Source: an uncultured delta proteobacterium (GTDB lineage: Bacteria > Desulfobacterota > BSN033 > UBA1163). Taken from it: 64,000 nucleotides of DNA. The first letter of the stretch is position 1; the number at the start of each line of letters is the position of its first letter. The notes under the pieces are model-generated. The model made no database searches, had not been told where the DNA came from, and worked only from the letters and a program-made list of their open reading frames with translations. Positions 10,331 to 19,371 of this stretch are shown here, in pieces. Where the stretch lies: contig CAVPSJ010000004.1 of NCBI GenBank assembly GCA_963708295.1, forward strand, positions 544,001 through 608,000, in the 5' to 3' direction. Position numbers and translations under genes: made by a program.

Positions 10331-12322
10331 ATGCTCGAAAATGTCTGGTTGATCCCCCTGTTTCCGGCGATCGGCTTTATCATTAATGGGCTCTTCGGCA
10401 GAAGCTTGGGGAAGAAAGTGGTCAGTTGGGTGGGCCCCTCAGTGATCGGGCTTTCCTTTCTCACCTCCATCCTCATCTTCTTCGAATTGATCGGGAAACC
10501 CCCTGCGGAACGTTTCTTTGAGAAAGTCATTTTCGATTGGGTAGTCTCGGGTTCCTTTCAAACGGTCATCGGTTACCAGATCGACCCTCTCTCCATTCTG
10601 ATGGCCCTGGTGGTCACCGGGGTCAGTTTCTTCATCCACATCTACTCGGTAGGGTATATGCACGATGATCCCGGGTTTACCCGGTATTTCACCTACCTCA
10701 ACCTCTTCGTCTTCATGATGCTCAACCTCATCCTGGCCAACAACTTTTTGCTGATGTTTGTCGGATGGGAGGGCGTCGGCCTCTGCTCCTATCTCTTAAT
10801 CGGATTCTGGTATGAAAAGGATTCCGCCTCCAATGCGGGGAAGAAAGCCTTTGTGGTCAACCGGGTGGGTGACTTTGGGTTCCTTGTCGGGATCTTTCTC
10901 CTCTTCACCAGCCTCGGAAAACACGGGATATGGACATTAGATTTTACCGAAGTCTTCGCCAATGCGAGCAAGCTTGATCCGGGGACGGTAACCGCCATTA
11001 CGATTTTGCTCTTTATCGGCGCCTGTGGGAAATCAGCTCAGATTCCCATCTATGTTTGGCTTCCTGACGCCATGGAAGGCCCGACACCCGTCAGCTCCCT
11101 CATCCATGCGGCCACCATGGTCACCGCCGGGGTCTATATGGTCGCCCGGTGCAACGTGCTCTACAGCATGGCGCCCATCGCCATGGCGGTCGTCGCCATC
11201 ATCGGTGTCGCTACGGCCATTTTCACCGCTTCTATCGGAATCTGTCAGACCGACATCAAGAAGGTTCTGGCCTACTCGACCATCAGTCAACTGGGCTATA
11301 TGTTTTTGGGCGTGGGCGTGGGTGCCTTCAGCGCAGGAGTATTTCATCTGATGACGCATGCGTTCTTTAAGGGGCTTCTCTTCCTCGGCGCCGGGAGTGT
11401 CATGCATGCGTTGAGTGGCGAATTAGATATGAGAAAGATGGGAGCCCTCAGGAAGAAGATTCCTTACACGTTCTGGACTTTCTTCATCGCTTGCCTTGCG
11501 ATTGCCGGAATTTTTCCTTTTTCAGGCTTCTTCAGCAAAGATGAGATCCTCTGGCAGGCTTTTTCCAGCTCTCACGGCCACTGGTTGTTGTGGGCGGTCG
11601 CGGCTCTTGCCGCCGGCATGACCGCCTTTTATATGTTCAGGGCTTTGTTCATGGCCTTCTTCGGGGAGTCCAGGGTCGATCACAATGTCGCCCATCATAT
11701 CCATGAATCACCGAGGATTATGACCGTGCCTTTGATGGTCCTCGCGGTTCTATCCATTATTGGAGGATGGATTGGTTGGCCGCATGTTTTAGGAGGAGCT
11801 AACCATATCCATGAATTTCTGGCACCTGTCGTGGGAGGTGGGATTGAACCTGCCAAAGCCCATGCCGGGATCTCAATCCTCTCGCAGGCCTGGGCATCGG
11901 GCGGAGAGACGGGGGGACATTCGGCTGCCCTGGAATTTCTCATGATGGCAATCTCTGTGGTCATTGCCCTCATCGGAATCGGGATCGCTTATCTCTTCTA
12001 TGTGAAGAACCCGGCCCTTCCTAAAATGGCGGCCGAGAAGTGGAAGCGGCTCTATAAACTGGTCTACAACAAATATTATGTTGATGAACTCTATGAAATC
12101 CTCTTCATCAACTCTCTTAAGAATTTGGGCACCGGGCTCTGGAAAGGGTTCGATGAGTTCGTCATTGATGGTACGATCAACGGCATTGCCTATTTCATCG
12201 GTTTACTCTCCGGGGTCATGAGAAAAATGCAGACAGGCCTGGTCCAAAACTACGCGTTTTCAATGATCATCGGTGGAATTGTCGTCGCGGCCTACTATAT
12301 TGTGCGGGCTATATTCTATTAA
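10331..12322 (+). CDS. nuoL: NADH-quinone oxidoreductase subunit L
   Basis: GWEGVGLCSYLLIGFW, GKSAQIP..WLPDAMEGPTPVS.LIHAATMV, FHLMTHAFFK. Confidence 0.97.
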   Translation: MLENVWLIPLFPAIGFIINGLFGRSLGKKVVSWVGPSVIGLSFLTSILIFFELIGKPPAERFFEKVIFDWVVSGSFQTVIGYQIDPLSILMALVVTGVSFFIHIYSVGYMHDDPGFTRYFTYLNLFVFMMLNLILANNFLLMFVGWEGVGLCSYLLIGFWYEKDSASNAGKKAFVVNRVGDFGFLVGIFLLFTSLGKHGIWTLDFTEVFANASKLDPGTVTAITILLFIGACGKSAQIPIYVWLPDAMEGPTPVSSLIHAATMVTAGVYMVARCNVLYSMAPIAMAVVAIIGVATAIFTASIGICQTDIKKVLAYSTISQLGYMFLGVGVGAFSAGVFHLMTHAFFKGLLFLGAGSVMHALSGELDMRKMGALRKKIPYTFWTFFIACLAIAGIFPFSGFFSKDEILWQAFSSSHGHWLLWAVAALAAGMTAFYMFRALFMAFFGESRVDHNVAHHIHESPRIMTVPLMVLAVLSIIGGWIGWPHVLGGANHIHEFLAPVVGGGIEPAKAHAGISILSQAWASGGETGGHSAALEFLMMAISVVIALIGIGIAYLFYVKNPALPKMAAEKWKRLYKLVYNKYYVDELYEILFINSLKNLGTGLWKGFDEFVIDGTINGIAYFIGLLSGVMRKMQTGLVQNYAFSMIIGGIVVAAYYIVRAIFY

Positions 12323-12416
12323 AATCCCCCTCAATCCCCCTTTTCCAAAGGGGGAGGTTGCTCCTCCCTTTCGTAAAGCCTGCCTGCCGGTAGGCATGGG
12401 AGGCTGGGAGGGATTT
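12321..12416. repeat. Double REP-like palindrome with inserted CCTGCCTGCCGGTAGGCA palindrome
   Basis: atccccctcaatccccctttt-cc-aaaggggga ... ctccctttcgtaaag[cctgcctgccggtaggcat]gggaggctgggagggattt. Confidence 0.7.
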
Positions 12417-12436
12417 AGGAAAAAGGAGTCGATTTC

Positions 12437-13984
12437 ATGACAATTCTGGGTATCCCCATTCTATCACTACTCATTTTCTTTCCAATCTTGGGGGCCGTTG
12501 TTCTCCTCTTCATCAACAAAGAGAATGCGACGGCGATCCGGTGGATCGCTCTCATCTTTGCGTTCGTCGAATTTATTTTCTCGCTGCCCCTCTTCTTCTC
12601 ATTCGATCCCAAGACAGCCGCGATGCAATTCGTGGAGGATTGGTGGTGGATTCAGAGTTATGGGATCAGTTACAAATTGGGCATCGATGGAATCAGTCTC
12701 CTCCTGGTCCTCCTGACCACCTTTTTGACGATCCTTTGCATCCTGTGCTCCTGGACTGCCATCACCTTCCGGGTCAAAGAATTCATGATTTCGTTCCTCT
12801 TCCTGGAGACAGGAATGCTGGGTGCCCTGGTGGCCCTCGATCTCGTCCTTTTCTATGTCTTCTGGGAAGTGATGCTCATTCCGATGTACCTCCTCATCGG
12901 TGTCTGGGGTGATCCCAAGAGACGGATCTATGCAGCCGTCAAGTTCTTCCTCTTTACCATGGCCGGAAGCGTGCTGATGCTGGTTGCGATCTTGGCCGTC
13001 TATTTTCTCAATCAGAAGGCAACGGGCGTCTCCACCTTTGACGTGCTCGAACTCTATAAGCTGGGATTGCCCGTTGGAACGCAGTACTGGCTCTTCGGGG
13101 CCTTTGCTCTGGCCTTTGCCATCAAAGTTCCCATGTTTCCATTTCACACCTGGTTGCCAGATGCCCATACCGAGGCGCCGACCGCTGGAAGTGTGATCCT
13201 GGCAGGTGTCTTGTTGAAGATGGGAACTTACGGATTCATCCGATTTGCCATACCGCTGTTTCCGAAGGCAGCCGTTGATCTTTTACCCATCGTCTCCGTT
13301 CTGGCGATCGTAGGGATCATCTACGGCGCATTGGTCTCGATGATGCAGCCCGATCTGAAGCGACTGGTTGCCTTTTCGAGCGTGAGCCATCTGGGATACG
13401 TCATGCTCGGAATGTTCGCCTTCAATACGCAAGGCATCCAGGGATCGATCTATCAGATGCTCAACCACGGCATCAGCACGGGGTCCCTCTTTTTGATCGT
13501 CGGGATGATCTATGAGCGCCGTCACACACGGTTGATCGCCGACTTTGGAGGACTCTCGAAGGTGATGCCAATCTATGCTGTCTTCTTTATGATCGTGACC
13601 CTCTCGTCGATCGGCCTGCCGGGGACGAATGGGTTTGTAGGAGAGTTTCTGATCCTTCTCGGGGCATTTCAGTCCAATGCTGTCTACGGGGTATTGGCCA
13701 CCACAGGCGTTATCCTGGGAGCCGCTTACATGCTGTGGATGTTTCAGAGGGTGATGTTTGGGAAGATCACCCGGCCTGAAAATGAAAAGCTAAAAGACCT
13801 CAATGCTCGAGAGATTGCCATCCTCGTCCCGATGGTCCTCATGATCTTCCTCATGGGAATCTATCCCAAACTTTTCCTCAGCAAGATGGATGCCAGCGTG
13901 GAGAAGTTTATAAAGGATTTCAAGGGAAGGGTTGAAATGAAAGCAGACCTTCCCTCGCAAAAGGTGGCAGAAATCAAAAAATAA
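12437..13984 (+). CDS. nuoM: NADH-quinone oxidoreductase subunit M
   Basis: [42 protein letters not shown]. Confidence 0.97.
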   Translation: MTILGIPILSLLIFFPILGAVVLLFINKENATAIRWIALIFAFVEFIFSLPLFFSFDPKTAAMQFVEDWWWIQSYGISYKLGIDGISLLLVLLTTFLTILCILCSWTAITFRVKEFMISFLFLETGMLGALVALDLVLFYVFWEVMLIPMYLLIGVWGDPKRRIYAAVKFFLFTMAGSVLMLVAILAVYFLNQKATGVSTFDVLELYKLGLPVGTQYWLFGAFALAFAIKVPMFPFHTWLPDAHTEAPTAGSVILAGVLLKMGTYGFIRFAIPLFPKAAVDLLPIVSVLAIVGIIYGALVSMMQPDLKRLVAFSSVSHLGYVMLGMFAFNTQGIQGSIYQMLNHGISTGSLFLIVGMIYERRHTRLIADFGGLSKVMPIYAVFFMIVTLSSIGLPGTNGFVGEFLILLGAFQSNAVYGVLATTGVILGAAYMLWMFQRVMFGKITRPENEKLKDLNAREIAILVPMVLMIFLMGIYPKLFLSKMDASVEKFIKDFKGRVEMKADLPSQKVAEIKK

Positions 13985-14119
13985 AAATTCGAAACACGAA
14001 ATCCGAAATTCGAAACAAATTCGAATGACCGAAAAAAATTCAAAACTGGCAAAAAGAGGACGTTTGAAAAATTTGATATTTGGATTTGTTTCGGGTTTCG
14101 ATATTCGAATTTCGGATTT
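13985..14119. repeat. Heptamer-periodic inverted repeat, copy 3
   Basis: aaattcgaaacacgaaatccgaaattcgaaacaa ... ttgtttcgggtttcgatattcgaatttcggattt. Confidence 0.85.
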
Positions 14120-14143
14120 ATGAGTTAGTGACGGAGGGTTTTA

Positions 14144-15595
14144 ATGAGAATACCAGAAATTGACCTTTATCTCATTGCACCGGAGATTATCATCACTGCT
14201 TTCGGTTTTTTGGTGCTTCTGTTGGATGTCTTTTTACCCAAAGGGGAGAGAAAGAGTTACCTCGGAGTGATCAGCCTCGTCGGGATCGTTTTCGCCGGTA
14301 TTTATACTTTCCCGCAGATGGGGTCTATCCGATCGGGTTTTGAAGGAATGTTCGTCTCGGATGGCTATGCACTCTTTTTTAAGCTCACTTTTCTGATCAT
14401 TGCCTTTTTGACCGTCCTGATCTCCATGGGTTACATCCACAGGGAAATGATCGAGTTTGGGGAATATTATGCCTTGATCCTTTTTGCAACCCTCGGGATG
14501 ATGCTGATGGCAGCCGGATCCCACCTGATCACCATCTTCCTCGGGCTGGAAACGATGTCCATTTCCATCTACGTCCTGGCCGGAATGATGCGAGAGGACA
14601 AGAGGTCCGTGGAAGCGGCGTTGAAATATTTTCTGCTGGGCGCCTTTGCCACAGGATTCCTCCTCTATGGCATTGCCCTGATCTATGGCGCCACAGGAAC
14701 CCTTTATCTGAAAGACATCGCTGCTTATGTCGCTTCTAAGAACCTGTTAAGAAGCCCGATGCTCCTGATGAGCCTTGTTTTTCTCACCATTGGTTTTGGT
14801 TTCAAGATTGCTTCTGTTCCTTTCCATATGTGGACGCCTGATGTCTATGAAGGCGCTCCGACTTCTATTACTGCTTTTATGGCCACGGGGGTGAAGGCAG
14901 CTGCTTTTTCAGCATTGGTGAGGGTATTCTTCTCCGCCTTGCCGGCCTTTCGTGCGGATTGGACCTCGATCATGTGGGTGATTTGCGTGGCGACGATGAC
15001 GGTCGGAAATATTGTGGCGATCTCCCAGACCAATATCAAACGGATGCTCGCTTACTCGAGCATCGCTCATGCGGGCTACATTCTGGTCGCCTTTGTTGCG
15101 GGAAACGATTTAGGGACTTCGGGCATCCTTTTCTATCTCATGACCTATGCCTTCATGAACATCGGCGCCTTTACCGTGGTCATCCTTCTCGGGAAGAAGG
15201 GAGAAGAGAATACCCTGATTAGTGATTATGCGGGGATTGGGTTCAAATACCCGCTCCTGGCTGCCTCCATGACCATCTTTCTCCTCTCCATGGCAGGCAT
15301 TCCTCCTCTGGGAGGATTCATGGCCAAATTCTATATCTTCAGCGCAGCGGTAAAATCAAAATTTTATTGGCTGGCCATAATCGGGGTCCTGAATAGTGCT
15401 GTGTCGGTTTACTACTATCTCCGGGTCACCGTGCTGATGTATTTCAGAGAATCCGAGCGGGAGATCACCGGCCTCCAATTCTCGCCCGCTTCTGTGCTCG
15501 CATTGATTTTGGCCGTCATCGGAACGCTTTACTTGGGAATCTTTCCCGCCAACGTCCTCTCCTTAGCTCAACGATCGATTGCGGGGTTGATGTAA
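14144..15595 (+). CDS. nuoN: NADH-quinone oxidoreductase subunit N
   Basis: EAALKYFLLG, FKIASVPFHMWTPDVYEGAP, KRMLAYSSIAHAGY. Confidence 0.97.
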   Translation: MRIPEIDLYLIAPEIIITAFGFLVLLLDVFLPKGERKSYLGVISLVGIVFAGIYTFPQMGSIRSGFEGMFVSDGYALFFKLTFLIIAFLTVLISMGYIHREMIEFGEYYALILFATLGMMLMAAGSHLITIFLGLETMSISIYVLAGMMREDKRSVEAALKYFLLGAFATGFLLYGIALIYGATGTLYLKDIAAYVASKNLLRSPMLLMSLVFLTIGFGFKIASVPFHMWTPDVYEGAPTSITAFMATGVKAAAFSALVRVFFSALPAFRADWTSIMWVICVATMTVGNIVAISQTNIKRMLAYSSIAHAGYILVAFVAGNDLGTSGILFYLMTYAFMNIGAFTVVILLGKKGEENTLISDYAGIGFKYPLLAASMTIFLLSMAGIPPLGGFMAKFYIFSAAVKSKFYWLAIIGVLNSAVSVYYYLRVTVLMYFRESEREITGLQFSPASVLALILAVIGTLYLGIFPANVLSLAQRSIAGLM

Positions 15596-15693
15596 CTTCT
15601 GGCCCCATAAATTCTTACGAAAACGATGTGGTGTCGATATTCCTGCCTGCTGAGAGGCAGGTATTGTAGACGCTGTTTTTGATTGACGGAATT

Positions 15694-15742
15694 TCCCTCC
15701 CTATCCCTCTCCCCTTCGAGGGGAGAGGGATAGGGTGAGGGG
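15694..15742. repeat. REP-like palindrome after nuoN (may also act as terminator/stabiliser)
   Basis: ccctatccctctcccc-ttcga-ggggagagggataggg perfect hairpin. Confidence 0.75.
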
Positions 15743-15792
15743 TACTCGCCTTACACTTTTTTTCGATATATATAAGAATAAGAGGGAGTGAA

Positions 15793-16035
15793 ATGAAACG
15801 TACCACCATTGTTATTGACGAAAAGCTAATAAAGGACGGATTAAAGGCAACGGGTCTGAAAACCTGTGGAGCTTTGGTTGACTATGCACTCTGTGACCTT
15901 CTTCGTCGTGAATCCCCCAAAAGAATTTTAGAGTTAAAAGAGAAGGAGCGGAAACAGCGCGAAGGTTATAAGCGTAAACCCGTTAAACGGGGAGAATTCT
16001 GAGATTGGAAAGTGGAGCAGATCTCGGTAGAACCA
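15793..16035 (+). pseudogene. Chimeric type II antitoxin remnant (VapB-like N-part joined to a second antitoxin C-part)
   Basis: MKRTTIVIDEKLI..ALVDYAL..RILELK then ERKQREGYKRKPVKRGEF*DW; no toxin gene follows. Confidence 0.55.
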
Positions 16036-16063
16036 TGAGAAGGGGTGGAGTCTGTTGACTGCA

Positions 16064-16486
16064 ATGGATAAATATGAAGAACAAGAGAAAAGGATAGCCC
16101 GCATGCTGGGAACCAAGAAGCTCGATGTGACCAGAAAGACATTGAGTACCTATCTTAAATACCTGAAAAACCATGTTGAGATTCCATGTCAACTCACTGG
16201 TATCGAAGACTTCGAATGGGAAGAACCCTATGTCTTTGGTTTCAGAAGTAAAAGCGAATACGAGGAATTAAAAAAGACCCAACCATCTTATAAAGATAAA
16301 TTTAATTTGATTAGGTTTATAGATGAGATAGACGACTATTACGATGGTATTTTTGTTCATGTCCAGCGCATGTCCGATAAAAAGAAATTTATCCTTCCTT
16401 TAGCAGACCTGAAATCAGCGGACAGGAAATCCAAGAATTACCAATTGCTGGATGACTATTCTGTTTGGTTTGTAAACAATAGATAG
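16064..16486 (+). CDS. CcbP-like (calcium-binding family) protein
   Basis: YLKNHVEIPC.LTGIEDF.WEE, FILPLADL, NYQLLDDYSVWFVN. Confidence 0.55.
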   Translation: MDKYEEQEKRIARMLGTKKLDVTRKTLSTYLKYLKNHVEIPCQLTGIEDFEWEEPYVFGFRSKSEYEELKKTQPSYKDKFNLIRFIDEIDDYYDGIFVHVQRMSDKKKFILPLADLKSADRKSKNYQLLDDYSVWFVNNR

Positions 16487-16533
16487 ATATTGATACATTC
16501 TTGGAGAATCTACCGGATAAGGAAAAGGAGAAC

Positions 16534-17781
16534 ATGAAGATTGCTCCGCATATTGACAGGTTTGGTGACATAAGGAAGATGTTGGTGGATTACTTTCAAT
16601 ATGTGCTCCTCAAAAAGGATGACGCACTAAAGAAGGCTTTCCTCAAAGCCTCAAGAGAGAAATATGGGGATCCATTGGTCATCGACTCGGAAGACGGATT
16701 TCACGAATTTACTGATAATTTTGTGTATGCTTACAGATTTACTAACGATCTGACAGTGATTGACCGATTTGTTTCTGAGGCTGCCGATCTCGGTGAAAAG
16801 GAGAAGGCAATCGTTTTAAGATGGAAAGACCCTGTGGTAGGAATATTTCAAGTCAAAAGCACGCTTCCTGACGGTTTTGTTGCAGAGAATTTGATCAATG
16901 AAGTTGAATATAAGATTAAACCCACAACTGTCCCTCGGAAACTTGAACAGCTTGCCAGGCCAAGGGCATTTTTCAAGGCAAAAATCATTCCTGCAAGTGA
17001 CAGCGAGTACATTTTTTCAGGGGTTCAGGAATTCCTTGATATTTCTGAAAAAGAAATGTTGAAAAGGGTTGCCCAGGTTCAAGTGAAACATCCTCAGTTT
17101 GCCTTCCGGGATAACGAGGAAAGAATAAGAAGGGGTTTTGAGCTACAGAAGAAGGACAGAGAATTGTTTGTTGAATATTTTGGGAGTGACGAGGTTCTTA
17201 CGGAAGGTAGAAAACTGCCTGAATTGGCAGCTGCGTTCATGAATTATAGATTGAGTAAGATTGAAAAGCCCCTTCCCGAAGGGTATAAGCCCCCAGAGAT
17301 GAGTTTCCCCAAGGGATTGTTAAAGAGTAAAGATGTGGGAATCGTTTTTGATGAGTTGAGTGGCCAGCACTATCTGGTAAATTACGGTATTATACTGAAC
17401 GTTTTTCAAAACCCTGACGAGTTAAAGATTCAGCGATATAAAAGAGATATTTTGACGTACCTGGAAGACCAAACGATATCACCCCATGTTCTTAGGAGGC
17501 TCTGTTTCAGGTTTCCGCAAAATGCAGAGTTTATCATCCGAAAAATATTGGACAGACCTGAATTCAGCCTTGAAAAGGATTTTGATTCCCTCATGGATGA
17601 GTTTAAACCGTCATTTAAGGGGAAGAGGATATATCCGTACATACTGCCCATGTCCCCGAAGTATGTGAAAGCGATCAAACCAGAACTTCACCAGAAAAAG
17701 AAAGACGAACCGAAAGTTGGAAGAAATGCCCCCTGCCCCTGCGGGAGCGGAAGGAAATATAAGAAATGCTGCGGGAGGTGA
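16534..17781 (+). CDS. SEC-C metal-binding domain protein
   Basis: C-terminal KVGRNAPCPCGSGRKYKKCC; AAGGAG RBS before ATG 16534. Confidence 0.85.
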   Translation: MKIAPHIDRFGDIRKMLVDYFQYVLLKKDDALKKAFLKASREKYGDPLVIDSEDGFHEFTDNFVYAYRFTNDLTVIDRFVSEAADLGEKEKAIVLRWKDPVVGIFQVKSTLPDGFVAENLINEVEYKIKPTTVPRKLEQLARPRAFFKAKIIPASDSEYIFSGVQEFLDISEKEMLKRVAQVQVKHPQFAFRDNEERIRRGFELQKKDRELFVEYFGSDEVLTEGRKLPELAAAFMNYRLSKIEKPLPEGYKPPEMSFPKGLLKSKDVGIVFDELSGQHYLVNYGIILNVFQNPDELKIQRYKRDILTYLEDQTISPHVLRRLCFRFPQNAEFIIRKILDRPEFSLEKDFDSLMDEFKPSFKGKRIYPYILPMSPKYVKAIKPELHQKKKDEPKVGRNAPCPCGSGRKYKKCCGR

Positions 17782-17994
17782 AAAGGCTTAATCCTCTGGG
17801 AACTCTTCGGTCTACTCCCCTTTTTTTTTGACTTATCAGAGCAAAGGTTCGACCTGCTGGCCAGTGAACAACTTCGTATCAACTTCTTTCTGTACCTTTC
17901 TGTTCCATAATTTTTGAAAATGGCGTATATTACTACCGCAAATGAACAACGGATAGACTGAAGGTTCTGGTCTTCAGGAAAAACAATAGAAATT

Positions 17995-18303
17995 ATGACC
18001 ATTCGATCCGAAATAGATAATAAAAAGCGGAAAGCGATAATATTAGGTTATTCAGGGTTAGCGTTCTTCGTGCTCGGAATGATATTGAGCGACAAATCCA
18101 CTTTTCCAATTTTCCCATTTATTGGATTCGCAATTTTTCTTCTTTCAATACTCTATGTTTTTTGGGGAATACGGTGCCCGAATTGCAGACATCACCTCAC
18201 CCCAATTACTTCTTATGGAAGCCCTTTTTCTATTTCCAAGAAAATCAAATATTGCCCATTTTGCGGGATAGACATAGATTCGGAATCGAAAGTGATAAAA
18301 TAA
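17995..18303 (+). CDS. Small membrane protein with zinc ribbon; probable integron cassette ORF
   Basis: Two hydrophobic helices then CPNC..CPFC; attC-like site directly after the stop. Confidence 0.7.
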   Translation: MTIRSEIDNKKRKAIILGYSGLAFFVLGMILSDKSTFPIFPFIGFAIFLLSILYVFWGIRCPNCRHHLTPITSYGSPFSISKKIKYCPFCGIDIDSESKVIK

Positions 18304-18304
18304 C

Positions 18305-18367
18305 GTTCAACAAGCAGTTGCACTGGATCGCCGATAAATCGGGCTCCCGGTGAGCTTTTCGTTAGTC
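18305..18367 (+). mobile_element. Integron attC-like recombination site
   Basis: GTTCAAC (RYYYAAC) AAGCAGTTGCACTGGA...TCCCGGTGAGCTTTTC GTTAGTC; 63 bp imperfect palindrome. Confidence 0.7.
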
Positions 18368-18397
18368 GGTTTATATACCAAATATAGGGACGAATAA

Positions 18398-18739
18398 ATG
18401 GCCTGGGTTTGCCCTTCTTGCGGCTTCGATGACAATCACGATTCTTCGGTGCGGTGTTTGTGTGGTTACGAAATTTCTATGGGCGGAGAGCGGAATTATT
18501 CAAAAATGAAAGGCATTCTGGATACGGAGCCTGAATAAGCATCTCGTTGGACTTGGGAACATTTTGTTGCGGGCTTCCTCGTATCCTTTTTTGTGGGTTT
18601 TATTTCCAGTGTTTTTGGTTTTTCCTGGCTTGGACTGCTTATATTATTTATTATTTGTTTGTTTATAGGGTTTTTGGCAAGCCTTTATGGCGAAAAAGTT
18701 ATTAAGCTCCTTTTTGAACTGATTAGATGGATGTGGTAG
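18398..18739 (+). pseudogene. Zinc-ribbon membrane protein with in-frame TAA at 18536
   Basis: MAWVCPSCG..RCLCGY..PE* then same-frame hydrophobic ASRWTWEHFVAGFLVSFF..IRWMW*. Confidence 0.6.
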
Positions 18740-18848
18740 GCAACGTTAATGCTTACTTTCAAACCATAATCCTCGCCCTTAAGAACGACGCTCGAACAAA
18801 CATTTGTAGGTGAAATCTTTGCTTGCGGCTTTTCCCTGGGGCTGTCTG

Positions 18849-19211
18849 TCAGGGGTAAGTTGTTTCCAATGAATTTGGAGTTACTTTTGGGGCTGATTGT
18901 TCAGACTCCCTTCCCATCTGCTTTCCCTTTCGTCGCTCCTCTTTCTTTTTCTCTTTTGCCTTCAAAACTTCCTCTATGGATTTAACATCAGGTGGCCTAC
19001 TCCTGCCGAAACGTTTGAGATAGATATCTTCGATGAAGGCGGGCAGCGGTGCTTTCCAGGGCTCTTGTTTCTCATTTGAGATTTTCCCCAATTTTTTAGG
19101 ATTCATGCCGAGTTCTCTCGCCATCTGGATGTGAACATCAGAAAGATGGTATCGCCTTCGAGCATCAATCCATATTTGGTACTTTGCGGGTACCTTATTT
19201 TTCTTGGACAC
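18849..19211 (-). CDS. Hypothetical protein
   Basis: 120 aa ORF with GGAG RBS; WIDARRRYHLS..IQMARELGMNPKK..QEPWKAPL. Confidence 0.75.
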   Translation of the reverse strand: MSKKNKVPAKYQIWIDARRRYHLSDVHIQMARELGMNPKKLGKISNEKQEPWKAPLPAFIEDIYLKRFGRSRPPDVKSIEEVLKAKEKKKEERRKGKQMGRESEQSAPKVTPNSLETTYP

Positions 19212-19371
19212 TCATATACTCCGATATTTTATGGTTTCCAAGCCGAGCCAAAAATCTGGGCAAGTGATTTTGCCAGATTATTCAGGATAAATTCATCTTA
19301 AAGCTAATGATCAGCATCAGTTAGGATCGGCTCTCCTATTTGCTTTAGGGTTTTAGCCCCTGCCTGAAGCC

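Noticed and set aside
18536-18538. Recoded stop in the zinc-ribbon membrane gene
   Set aside because: The codon is TAA, not TGA or TAG, and is not at a catalytic motif; a nonsense mutation or error is more likely
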